Positions 15,716-28,342 of a DNA stretch of 64,000 nt are shown here, piece by piece; positions within the stretch are counted from its first letter, which is position 1; each line of letters begins with the position of its first letter. Source of the DNA: Paraspadella gotoi (taxonomy: Eukaryota; Animalia; Chaetognatha); the NCBI GenBank assembly GCA_051294375.1, contig CM119266.1:22015875-22079874 (forward strand). Reading direction: 5' to 3'. A program made the translations under genes and the position numbers. The notes under the pieces were generated by a model. That model saw nothing but the letters and a program-made list of their open reading frames with translations. It had not been told where the DNA came from and did not search any database.

Positions 15716-18700
15716 CCGAACCATCCACCAGGGTCCACCACCGGTCCACACACCGATTCAACCATCCACCACCCGGTCGACCCACCGATTCAACCATCCA
15801 CCACTCGGTCCACCCACCGATTCAACCATCCCACCACCCGGTCCACCCACCGATTCAACCATCCACCATCCGGTCCACCCACCGATTCAACCATCCACCA
15901 CTCGGTCCACCTCTGATTCAACCATCCACCACCCAGTCCACCCACCGATTCAACTATCCACCACCCAGTCCACACACCGATTCAACCATCCACCACCCAG
16001 TCCACCCCCTGATTCAACATCCACCATTCGGTCCACCCACCGATTCCAACCATCACCACCACCCGCGTCCACCCACCGATTCAACCATCCACCATTCCGG
16101 TCCACCCACCGATTCAACCATCACCACTTGGTCCACCCACTGATTCAACCATCCACCACCGGCCACCCACTGATTCAACCATCCACCACCTGGTCCACCC
16201 ACCGATTCAACCATCCACCACCTGGTCCACCCACCGATTCAACCATCCACCACCCGGTCCACCCACCGATTCAACCATCCACCATCCCGGTCCACCACCG
16301 ATTCAACCATCCACCACCGGCTCCACCCACCGATTCAAACCAATCCACCACCCGGTCACCCACCGATTAACCATCCAACCACCCGGTCCACCACGATTAA
16401 ACCATCCACCACCGGTCCACCACCAATTCAACCATTCACTCCCGGTCCACTCACGATTCAACCATCCACCACCAGGTCCACCCACCCATTCAACCATCCA
16501 CCACCCAGTCCACCCACCGATTCACCATCCACCACCCGTCAACACCCCAATTCAACCATCCACCACCCGGTCCACCCACCGATTCAACCATCACCATCCA
16601 GTCCACCCTCCGATTCAACCATCCACCATCGGTTCACCCACTGATTCAACCATCCACCACCGGTCCACCACCGATTCAACCATCCACCACCCGCTCCACC
16701 CACCGATTCAACCATCCACCACCTGGTCCACCCACCAATTCAACCATCCACCTCCTGGTCCACTCACCGATTCAACATCCACCACCCGGTCCACTCACCG
16801 ATTCAACCATCCACCACCTGGTCCACCCACCCATTCAACCATCAACCACCCGGTCTACCCACTGATTCAACCATCCACCACTCGGTCCACCCACTGATTA
16901 AACTATCCACCACCCGGTCCACCCACCGATTCAACCATCACACCACCGCGTCACACCCAATTCAACCATCCACCACCGGTCCACCCACCGATTCAACATC
17001 CACCACACCAGTCCACCCACCGATTCAACCATCCACCACTCGGTCCACCCACTGATTCAACCATCCACCACCCGGTCCACTCACACGATTCAACCATCCA
17101 CCACCCGGTCCACTCTCCGTTTCACCCATCCACCACCCGGTCCACCCACCAATTCAACCATCCACCACCCAGTCCACCCACCGATTCAACCATCCACGAC
17201 CCGGTCCACCCACCGATTCAACCATCCACCACCCAGTCCACTCACCGATTCAACCATCCACCACCTGGTCCACCCACCAATTCAACCATCCACCATCCGG
17301 TCCACACCCACCGATTCAACCATCCACCACCTGGTCCACCCACCGATTCAAGCCATCCACCACCGGTCCGCCCACCGATTCAACCATCCACCACCCAGTC
17401 CACCCACCGATTCAACCATCCACCACCCAGTCCACCCACCGATTCAACCATCACCCACCGGTCCACCCCACCGATCAACCATCCACCATCCGGTCCACCC
17501 ACCGATTCAACCATCCACACCCGGTCCAACCCACCGATTCAACCATCCACCACCCGGTTCACCCACCGATTCAACCATCCACCACCCGGTCCACCCACCG
17601 ATTAAACCATCCACCACCCGGTCCACCCACCAATTCAACCATTCACTTCCCGGTCCACTCACCGATTCAACCATCCACCACCCGGTCCACCCACCCATTC
17701 AACCATCCACCACCCAGTCCACCCACCGATTCAACCATCCACCACCCGGTCAACACCCCAATTCAACCATCCACCACCCGGTCCATTCCACCGATTCAAC
17801 CATCCACCATCCAGTCCACCCTCCGATTCAACCATCCACCATTCGGTCCACCCACTGATTCAACCATCCACCACCTGCGTCCACTCACCGATTCAACCAT
17901 CCACCACCCGCCTCCACCCACCGATTCAACCATCCACCACCTGGTCCACCCACCAATTCAACCATCCACCTCCCGTCCACTCACCGATTCAACCATCCAC
18001 CACCCAGTCCACTCACCGATTCAACCATCCACTCCTGGTCCACCCACCGATTCAACCATCAACCACCCGGTCTACCCACTGATTCAACCATCCACCACTC
18101 GGTCCACCCACTGATTAAACTATCCACCACCCGGTCCACCCACTGATTCAACCATCCACCACCCAGTCCACCCACCGATTCAACCATCCACCACCCGGTC
18201 CACCCACCGATTCAACCATCCACCACCCAGTCCACCCACCGATTCAACCATCCACCACTCGTCCACCCACTGATTCAACCATCCACCACCGGTCCACTCA
18301 CCGATTCAACCATCCACCACCCGGTCCACTCACCGATTCACCATCCACCACCCGGTCCACCCACCAATTCAACCATCCCACCACCCAGTCCACCCACCGA
18401 TTCAAACCATCCACCACCCGGTCCACCCACCGATTCAACCATCCACCACCCGGTCCACCCACGATTCAACCATCCACCACCCGCGTCCACCCACCGATTC
18501 AACCATTCCACACACGGTCCACCCACCGATTCAACCATCCACCACCTGGTCCACCCACCGATTCAAGCAATCCACCACCCGGTCCACCCACCGATTCAAC
18601 CATCCACCACCCGGTCCACCCACCGATTCAACCATCCACCACCCAGTCCACCCACCGATTCAACCATCCACCACCTTGTCCACCCACCGATTCAACCATC

Positions 18701-18998
18701 CACCACCCGGTCCACCCACCGATTCAAAGCATCCACCACCCGGTCCACCCACCGATTCAACCATCCACCACCCGGTCCACCCACCGATTCAACCATCCAC
18801 CACCCAGTCCACCCACGATTCAACCATCCACCACCTTGTCACCCACCAATTCAACCATCCACCACCCGGTTCCACCCACCGATTCAACCATCCACCCATC
18901 CGGTCCACCCTCGATTCAACCATCCACCATCCGGTCCACCCACCGATTCATCCATCCACCACCCGCGTCCACCCACCGATTCAACCATCCACCCTCCA
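15716..18998 (+). repeat. 32-bp tandem satellite, ~100 copies, ~3.3 kb
   Basis: Consensus CCACCACCCGGTCCACCCACCGATTCAACCAT, head-to-tail with no unique spacers; many single-base indels. Confidence 0.97.
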
Positions 18999-19507
18999 CT
19001 CTCCTTTATATTCTTTCATTCCTCCTTTTTTTCCGCTGATTCATTTTTGCGAATGAACGAGTAATGAGTTGCGAAATTCGCTGTAACTCGAAGTTCGAAA
19101 GAGTGAATCACGATTCCCGCCAACAATTTGTTTTTTCTTCTCCCGAGTCGGTCAGACTCTGGAGACGAACTTCCAAACATTTTTAATGTATCTCACGAAA
19201 AGTTCAAATGCGATTGAAATTCAACGATAGGGAAAAAAAATCTATAAATCCGCGGAGAACTCGAAATTACGATGCTCTTTTATTTTTTTTTATTTTTTTT
19301 TTTAAGTGGTGGAAGTAATTAATAAATTTCTCTTTTATTTCGGTCCCCTTTTTCATTCGTCGACGGTTAAATACCACGCAAACATCCAGTTATCTCTACG
19401 GCATCTCGATTGGAACGCCATATATAAATCCGATAAAGTGGATTTTTTTTTCACTGGCGAATTTTCTTTGTTTACGTTACTTCGCCCGCCTTAGACTCCT
19501 CTGTTCA

Positions 19508-19607
<100 letters not shown>

Positions 19608-19722
19608 TTTTTTTTCCTAACCACAAAACTTTCATTTCGATTTTCATTCATTCGCGCCAACGGAAAAATTTGAAAAAAAAAAGTATTTCCTTCTGTCCAT
19701 CACTGAGGTTCTTTTATTTCAT

Positions 19723-19757
<35 letters not shown>

Positions 19758-21776
19758 AAAAAAGAAAGACCGAAATAAAAAACAAAAGAAAGACAGAAAG
19801 GAAGAGAACAATAAGTGAATTTTTAAAAAAAAAATTACAAATGAAGAAAAAAAAATAGTAAAAGAAAAAAAAACTGTAAAATCGAGGTGGAGTTCTTTGA
19901 ACCTTGACTCATCTCAAGAATCCGCGTCGGCAGCGGCTGCGGCGGCGTTGAAAACCGCAGGCGCGGCTGCTGCTACTGCTGCGGCGCCGTCGTAGGCAGA
20001 AGAGATTAAAGAGAAGAAGGAAAAAAAAAACGTTCAGCGGGGGCGCGTACTCGATCCTCGCCGGAGGGAGCGCCACCCGGAAAAGATCGACTTCCGGCCC
20101 AGGGTGCCCCGGGAGCGCCTCCCCGCCTGGCCGAAAAGGCGTCGGGTGTCGGCCGAGAAATGGGAGAGGAAGGAGCCGACACCGACGCACGTTAATCTTC
20201 GACTGTAGAGTTGTCTTTTTTTTTTCTTCGAAAACGCGGAAATTCGGGTGGGTCCAACGTGGCTCGTTCTAACTCTTAAGAGAGTTTCGACACATGCGTG
20301 TTTTTATATATATATTTTTTTTGGGAACATGATATTTAAAACCTCAAATAAAACACTTTTTGAGTTTGAATATTGAAAATAAGATTTGAACCCGGTCGAC
20401 GCGACTTTACAATCCCGAGGTAAAAAAACCGGGACCCGTCCCGTCGCCGCCGTAAATTCCTCGTCGTCGTCGTCCGAATCGAACGCTTGAACTTTATCAA
20501 ATCGAATTAGAGAGTTTGAAGCGATGACTCAAAACAACAAAGACTTTTTGCGCGGCGGAATTTTACGATAAAAGAATGTCAACTGGCACTTTTGCCCTTC
20601 CGCCTTTTCCGCGAATCGGTGAAGGAATGTGAACCAAAAAAAAAAAAAAAAAATTTGAAATATATATTCAGGATTGGATTGATTAAGAAAAGATTAAAGG
20701 AATTCTTTACGAATGGTTTTTTTTTTCTGACGTCCTTTAAACCTTCAAAGGTCAAAACTGACGAAGAAATAAAAAATGGAATGTCGATCTTTAATCGAAG
20801 AATTTCTTTCCCGTGGATACCATGCCTTCCATGCGCGACTCCCATGTTTTCTGACCTCATGTGACAATGTCTCTCTGCCTTGTCGCGCATTCTTTGTCAT
20901 TGTAGCCGGCGTCGTCTCCTTTTTTCTTTCATTTTTCTTTCAATTCCCGACGCATCATCGTTGTTGTTGTTCTTTTTTTTCTTCTTTAATTAATCCATTA
21001 AGAAAAAGACGGACGACAACAAGGTGCACGTGACTTTTATCTTTTCTCGAAGTCAATCAGACCTTTCCCATGTCCATTGTCCATTGTCCAATGTCCACTC
21101 TCCTGCCTAAACTACAGTAGAAGAAAATCAAACAGCAAAACCGACGACAACACCGACATCAACAACAACAACAACAATTTCTGAAGCGGAATCTTCGTTC
21201 GAAGGCGGAAGTTTGAAGCCACGAGGACAAAAATATAGTCGGTTCTGTCACTCAGTCTCAATTTCAAGAGAAAATAGAAAACAAAAAAAAACAAAAACAA
21301 AAAACCAGAAAGCTTAAATCAAAAACCAAAACAAAACTGAAAACAATAATCCCTTCTCTTCTTTTCGTTTCCTCTGTCCGGTTGTGACCGGAATTTTTGT
21401 TCTTCGGCCGTCGTCGCCAATTTGCCGAAAAACAAACCCCGGCAGCCGAGGCGGCACGCGGCCCTGCGATTCCTAAAGAGTTTCCTTCTCGGCCTCGGCC
21501 AGTCTTCCTTTTTCACGTTCGGTCATCGATTCTAATTACTCCTCGTTGATTTTCCAAGTCGCAATGGGACGCGGCTCACTTTTCTTCTTCTTGTTTTTTC
21601 TTACCTTCTCCGCTTTTTTTTCGATCGAATTTCTTAAATTTAACTCAACTAAAAAAAACCAAATGGGTTGTATTTAGTTTTTCAGACGCGTGGACTAAAA
21701 AAGTAGCAAATTGACGCACGCCCACGGGCAAAACTCGAGTGTGAATTGCGTCACAACCTATTTATCTCTCTCTCTT

Positions 21777-21838
<62 letters not shown>

Positions 21839-21975
21839 TCTCTCCCTTTTTACTTCTCACTTCCTCACCACCACTAATTCCTTTGATTGAATTTCTTTTA
21901 CATTTCATTAAACATTAAATGACTTTTCTCCCTAAGAAAAAAGTCCTCGAAATTTAAAAAAAACTCCTTCTCTCT

Positions 21976-22015
<40 letters not shown>

Positions 22016-22016
22016 A

Positions 22017-23990
22017 ATGTCATCTCCCAAAATCCTCCGGCCGCCGCGGGGCGGCTCTAGTGCGGGCCCCAGGGGGGCAAAGAAACCTATTCCCAGGGGA
22101 GCAGCAAAAATGGTCATTGAGGGGGCGCCCCTAATAGACCCCAAAAGTTTGCGCCCAGGGGAACCGCCCCTGGGGCGGGCCCCGCTGGGCCAAAAAGTCT
22201 GCGGCGCTCGGGGGTAGACCCCTTGGGGAAAAAAAAAGTGCTGCCGCCAGGGGCGGAGTTAAGGCAGAGAGGCAAGAAAGTTTAGATAAGGAAAATATAC
22301 TTTTCTGACAATGTTATTGATCTGAGAATTATCTCTCCCTGTCTGTTACCTCTTCTTTTCTCTCTTTCTCTACATCACTTTATCTGCTATCTCTCTCTCT
22401 TTCTCTTTCTCTCCTCTCTCTTTTTTTCTATCGCTGTTTCTTATTTCTGCTTTCTTTCTTTTTCTTTCCTCTCTCTATCTTTTCTCTCTCTCTAATCTTT
22501 CAGACTTGTTTATGTAACTAAAAAAAATAAACCATTTTTTTTCAATTATTGTTAATGTGAAATATTTTTTTTTCATTTAAAGATTTGTAATTAATAATAA
22601 TTGTCAGTTGTAGACTTTGGCTCAGATGAACTCAACGTTGTTGAGGAAAGGCTGATGGTTTGAGAGAGAAAGTGAGCAAAAACTTTTATATGCTAGCTCA
22701 GTCACACACTTTTCTACCACTAAACAAAGATTTTATCCAATCCATAATATCTAATGCATGGAATAATTTGCAGTTTAATGTTAATGTGGGGACGGACTTA
22801 AAGACTGCATATTAATAATATTAATTAATTAATTAATTAATTTTTTTTATAAGTGAATTAAAAAAATAAAACGCATCACTATTTATTCTACTATTTAAAA
22901 TTTCATAATGAATTAAAATAAAATTTTGTGTGTAGAGAACAAGTAATGCAAGTGGAAGTGAGTTTTAATAGAAAAAACAAAAGTAAGCATTTACTTGAAT
23001 TTTATTAAAAAAATTTTCTCACTCTTTCTCTCTCTTTCTATTTTTTTTACAGATGAAATTATAATAATTAAGCTAATTGTTAGAGTTTGATTGATGACCA
23101 AATTACCCGCCAGTTGACCAAATGATGCAACGTTGACCAAATTATGAGCAGTTGACCAAATTATGAAAGTTTACCGATTATCAAAAGTTTTACCAAATTC
23201 TAAAAGTTGACCAAATGTATATCAGTGACCAAGATTATGTCAGTTGCGGCAAATTATGAATAGTTGACCGAAATTTATGAAGGTCAACAAATTATGCAAG
23301 TTGAACTAAATTTATAACAAAATTTATCTAAATTATCCAGTTGACCAAATAGTTAAAATTTGACACAAATTATGAAAGTTGGACCAAAGATTATAAAAGT
23401 TTACCCAATTTGAAAGTTTTTACCAAATTACTAAAAGTTGACGCAAGATTATATCAGTTGTCCAAATTAATTCAGTTGACTCAAATTATGTCATTTGACT
23501 AAATATGCAAGTTGACCAATTATTGCATATTTGGTATTGGGCCGCAGCTATTGGTTCATTATTGATTATTGAAGTGAAAGATATTATTTTTATTTTTATA
23601 AGTTTATTTTTAAATAAAAGATGAAAAAGAAAAGATGATAGAGAAAGAGAGAAAGAGAGCTGAGAGAGAGAGAGAGAGCAAATAGGAGGGAGAGAGAGAG
23701 CCGTTCCAGGGGCAGGCCAAATTTCATCCGCCCTGGGGGGTGGCCCCCCAGGGGGAAAGGTTTTTCTAGCGCCCTCCCCGAATTGGGCGGGATTCCCCTG
23801 GAGGCTGGCGCCTGTTGCGGGGCCCAGAAAAAAGGGAAGGACTCACAGGAGGCGCCAGGGCCGCCTCCCGACCCAGTAAGGATTTGCTTGCCCCGCTCGG
23901 GGCTTCCCGCCCCGCGGGGCCACCCCGCAGAGCGGGCCCGTGCCCTAGCGAGCGCCGCCGCGGGGGGGGGAGGGCGAGTTCTGAAGGAAT
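22017..23990. mobile_element. Putative ~2-kb non-autonomous DNA transposon with degenerate GC-rich inverted ends and an internal tandem array
   Basis: GC-rich blocks at 22017-22260 and 23700-23990 are loosely reverse-complementary (CCGCGGGGCGGCTCTAGTGCGGGCCC vs rc CCGCGGCGGCGCTCGCTAGGGCACGGGCCC); inner CT-rich and GA-rich blocks are also mirror-arranged; sequence looks noisy. Confidence 0.4.
23093..23520 (+). repeat. ~20-21-bp tandem repeat (AGTTGACCAAATTATGA core), ~20 degenerate copies
   Basis: Recurrent GTTGACCAAATT motif. Confidence 0.85.
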
Positions 23991-24329
23991 AGACGATTAT
24001 CTCTGACTCGTCTCGGTCTTCTCCCTGACTCTCTCGTCTCTCTCTCTCTTCTTTATGCTTATATCTGCCGGCTTGACGTTCATGTCCTGGAAGGCGGCCG
24101 CCGCCTCCGACGTTACTGCTGGCGACGTTACTGCTGCAGGCGTGACTGCGCCCCGTGACGTCATCTATCCCGTGTCGTCTTCTCGACGTTGGCCCCTCTC
24201 CTCCTCCTCCTCTTCCTCCTCTTCATCCTTCTCTTCCTCTCGTTCGAATCCAGAAAAGTCGGCTCCCGTCGTAGAAATCGTCAGTCACGAGGTTTCGTTT
24301 TGTACTCGACGGATCTCGGAGGAGAGCAC

Positions 24330-24372
<43 letters not shown>

Positions 24373-25342
24373 GAAATTTTCTCTCATTCTCTTCTTCACA
24401 GTCGAGGTGATGGTGATCACCCGCCTTTGGATGAAATTTTGTCCTTTAGTTCACAGAAACCCACCGAATTTTTCCTATTATTTTGTTTTAATTCGATTTT
24501 TACATCTTTATTTTATGAAATTGATACAATCATATATATTTTAATTCTTTTCATTTATCTTATTTGCTTTTTTTTTCTAATAATTTTCTCTTTTTTCCTC
24601 ACAAAAATTATCGCGTTTTTTGAAATCTAATTTAGATCAAATCAACCTACATTTTTTTTCTTTTTTTTTCCAACTCAAAAAAATGATTAGTGGAGAAATA
24701 AAACGACGAAATTCCAACGCACCCAACCTGAAAAATAAAAAAAATTTAAAAAAAAAGGAAAAAAAAAATTACGGGTGTGGGTAATCAAAGCGAACCGCCC
24801 TTTAACTCCGCGCGCCTTTCCGCTGTTGGCGACCAAATTAAAGCGAAAAGTACAAGTTGAACAACCCGAAAAAAGATTTCACTCACTCCCCCTCCGCCTC
24901 ACACACACAAAAAGAGAGAGAGAAAAAAATCGGGATCGTAAAAGCGAAGGTAAGAGTTTATCCCTCCTCCCGTCTGGTTTTTATGTTCTTTAGTCTGGGA
25001 TTGAGAGTGGATTTTTTTTTTTACTTCCTTGGCTGCCTTTCTTTTTAGCTGCTTTACAACTTTGCCCTTTTCTCGTTTCCTCTTTTGTTTCGTGATAATT
25101 TATGAGTATAAATCTTTTAGTTATAATTGTCATGATCACGATGATTTTCTCAAGTTTTTCGCTCATTCCGACCCTTCTTTTCGGTTTACTAGTTCTTACG
25201 CCGCCGCTGGCAACCTTTATTTTCATTCTTTGGTGGTGGGCTTTTTTTCTCCACGCGTCCGAGTTTCGAGTTCCGACCTAACGGACTTTGAACTCGGACA
25301 CGATATCCACAGTTTTCCTTTAGCCAGTGTCGTCGTCGTCGT

Positions 25343-25596
25343 NNNNNNNNNNNNNNNNNNNNNNNNNNNNNNNNNNNNNNNNNNNNNNNNNNNNNNNNNN
25401 NNNNNNNNNNNNNNNNNNNNNNNNNNNNNNNNNNNNNNNNNNNNNNNNNNNNNNNNNNNNNNNNNNNNNNNNNNNNNNNNNNNNNNNNNNNNNNNNNNNN
25501 NNNNNNNNNNNNNNNNNNNNNNNNNNNNNNNNNNNNNNNNNNNNNNNNNNNNNNNNNNNNNNNNNNNNNNNNNNNNNNNNNNNNNNNNNNNNNNNN
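25343..25596. other. Assembly gap within (GTC)n; 10-N gaps also at 27580-27589 and 29363-29372
   Basis: N runs. Confidence 0.99.
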
Positions 25597-25738
25597 GTCG
25601 TCCTTCGTTCGTTTCGTCTCTTTTCGTTCGTCGTTACGGTAAAAAAAAAAAATGGACTCATTGACTTTTCTTTTTCGATTCCATGGAAAAGAGGAGGGAA
25701 TTCGGTTTTTTCCGTTGGAAACGCGAGATTTGACTCAC

Positions 25739-25892
25739 CTCTCTTAATATCAACCGAACCTTCTTGTCTCTCAGGTTTGCACCGCCTCGGGTCCGACGCC
25801 ACTTCGATTTTTGCGACAAATGAAACACCTTCCCAGCCAACTTTGGGGTTTTGTGAACCAGTGTGCTGGCCATTCTTGGAAGCCATACTGGC
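25739..25892 (-). CDS. Candidate isolated exon of an unidentified minus-strand gene
   Basis: 154 nt of unique sequence between a strong acceptor (ttggaattttgcag|) and a strong donor (gag|gtgagt); two open frames, each with a Kozak-like ATG (MASKNGQHTGSQNPK... or MASTLVHKTPKLAGK...KVRLILRE); no family recognised. Confidence 0.35.
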
Positions 25893-27401
25893 CTGCAAAA
25901 TTCCAAATCAAAACGGGAGGCAATCGTCGAGCTTCGGAACTTCGACCTACGATCAAAACGCCTCGCCTAAATCCGCGCTCGATTCTATGAGTATTATTTT
26001 GAAATGTTTCTTTTATATATATAAATTATAACATCGTATCACATATTAATATTTTAAAATGTTATAATCCCCTACGATTTGTCCTTATAAATTTATATCC
26101 GCCTCAAACTTTTGTGAAATCCTTTTCGCGTCCTTTAATTCCGTTTCCCCGCGTCGTCGTCGCAATAGTCGTCGTCGTCGTTTCGTCTTCATTCGCCATC
26201 TCTCTCCTTCTAAGATGCTCTTCTCTTTATGAAGGAGATTTGACGGGTATCGGGTTTCCACTGATTTCACCTTTCACCTACTCTAATTCGCATCCCCGCC
26301 CCCCTTTCTCGCCCCCCACCCCTACCTTTTTTCTCGCTCGAGCGTCGAAAAAAGGTGAGGATCGAGGTCGCCGTGCGAGATGATTTCCCGCCCTCGTCCT
26401 AGAGTCCGCTTCTTCTCTGGATCCTGCCTATTTTTTTTTTTGTTTTTTTTTTTGTTTTTTGTTTTTAAGTTAATCTTTCTGTTTATAAACTTTTTAAAGC
26501 TGAAATTTCTTTCGACCAAGCCAAGATTCACGATCCAAAAGCAGCGTGTGAACTTTCTAAAAAAAAAAGAAGAAAGAAAACCGTCGAAATCATAACAAAT
26601 TTCATGGACGTGGAGTCGAAATAAAACTCCCGACGTTGTTTTATTAAAGATCCCCACACTTAAACGCCATCATCGGCTCACCCGCCCCAGCGGCCCACAA
26701 CTCTGGTCCACCACGAACCCAAATCGTCCTCGGCGAAAGGTTAAAAGCTCAAACTTCTTCGCGTTTTACGGTCGAAAGCCATAGAACCGCAAATCCAAAG
26801 ATGTTTTGTTTTGTTTTTCTGTTTTGTTTTCGTGGATCCTCGGCCGTGGATCCTCTGGCCTCCTGTAGAGAGATTTCACGATTCAACTGTTTGTCTAAAA
26901 GATTTCGTTGTGGAAACAAAGTTTTCTAACTCCGGTTATGTTTGTACGTTATAAACAGTCGCTCGAGTTTTGAACAATTATAAATATTATCGGGAGAGCC
27001 GGTCGCGATCTTTGTCGATGACGTCAAAGATTATTACCGAAAAACACGTAAGACCTCTTAGTGTCAACGTAAAACTACCAATTCCAGTTTCATAAGTAAG
27101 TGTGAAAATATATGTGACAGAAGGAAAAACAGTAATGAAGTAATAAAGAGATAGAAAGACTTTGGAATGACAAAGGGGATTAAATAACACGGCCTCCTTA
27201 AGAAAATTTAAGTACGACACAAAATATAAATTCCCCGTTTAAACCCGTTTCGAAATGACCCGAATTTTCGAGAGCAGTCTCCGGGTCGGGCACACCCACC
27301 CGGTTCCACCTCTTTTTATTATTTCTCGCGACCAGGTCGGCTCGGATCAGATTCTCTTCTCACTTACTCATGCGGCTAAATTAAGCGGCGTTCCCACGTT
27401 T

Positions 27402-27436
<35 letters not shown>

Positions 27437-28291
27437 CACCGCTGCCCAACCTATTTTTTTTTTCTTATTAATTCGCCGGTAATATATCGAGGCTGAACAA
27501 GTATTCCCTTCTTCGATCTCTGATTACAATTGGTTCCGCCTAATCGCTAGGAAGGAATGCTAGAGAGAGAGAGAGAGAGNNNNNNNNNNAGAGAGAGAGA
27601 GAGACTATCCTTGAAAATAAAAATTGTGTGGGTGGGTTTGATTCTTACCCGCGTTCGACTCCGCCCACTGGGCCATTCCCCCAGTGAAGCGGCACATCAA
27701 GGTCGGCTCGACAAAAAAAAAAAGCTACAACAAAAAACTAGTGAAAATTCTCGTTGTCCTCCCCCCCCTTTTTTATTTTTCCCGAAGTGAAAGAAACGGG
27801 TTTTTCCCTTTCTTTCCCGCGGATAACTGACCGGGCGACCCTTCGGTTGAACTCGGGTCAACCCGTTCCGCCCGTTGCCCTCTTTTCATTGTCTTCGGAG
27901 TGAGAGAGAGAGACCGAGAATATTATTGGATATTTTACCCTTGACTAAATCTAAGAGCGATTTTCTGAGCAGACATTGAAAAAGACTTTAGTCCTTACGA
28001 TATGATAACCTGAATTATTTAATGTTGACCTCGTCATTTCCAATGCCGCAGGTTCTCACTCCACTTTTACAGCCCCATCCGGCACCCTTCTCGGCACACA
28101 CACACTCGGAAACCCTCCCTCTCGGCACCGGAATCAAAAAGAGATAAAACCAAGAATCTCTGACTTTTTTTTTTTTTGAGTTGTCGTGCGCTGGAAGAGT
28201 TGGGGGCGACGGAGGCGGCGGAGTAAGCGACGGAAAATTTTGTCCCTCCGGGAAAAAGATTTTCTGTTTTCTTTTTCTATCTATTTCTTCC

Positions 28292-28342
<51 letters not shown>

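Noticed and set aside
15716-18998. 32-bp repeat as a CRISPR array or a Pro/His-rich coding region
   Set aside because: Units are contiguous with no unique spacers, there are no cas genes, the context is eukaryotic, the unit length is not a multiple of 3, and the frames are full of stops
19915-19995. Poly-Ala exon (ESASAAAAAALKTAGAAAATAAAPS)
   Set aside because: Ala-rich on both strands, quickly terminated, no convincing acceptor; likely GCN low-complexity sequence
28021-28060. VDLVISNAAG resembling a short-chain dehydrogenase NNAG motif
   Set aside because: Flanking residues show no SDR similarity and there is no supporting exon structure
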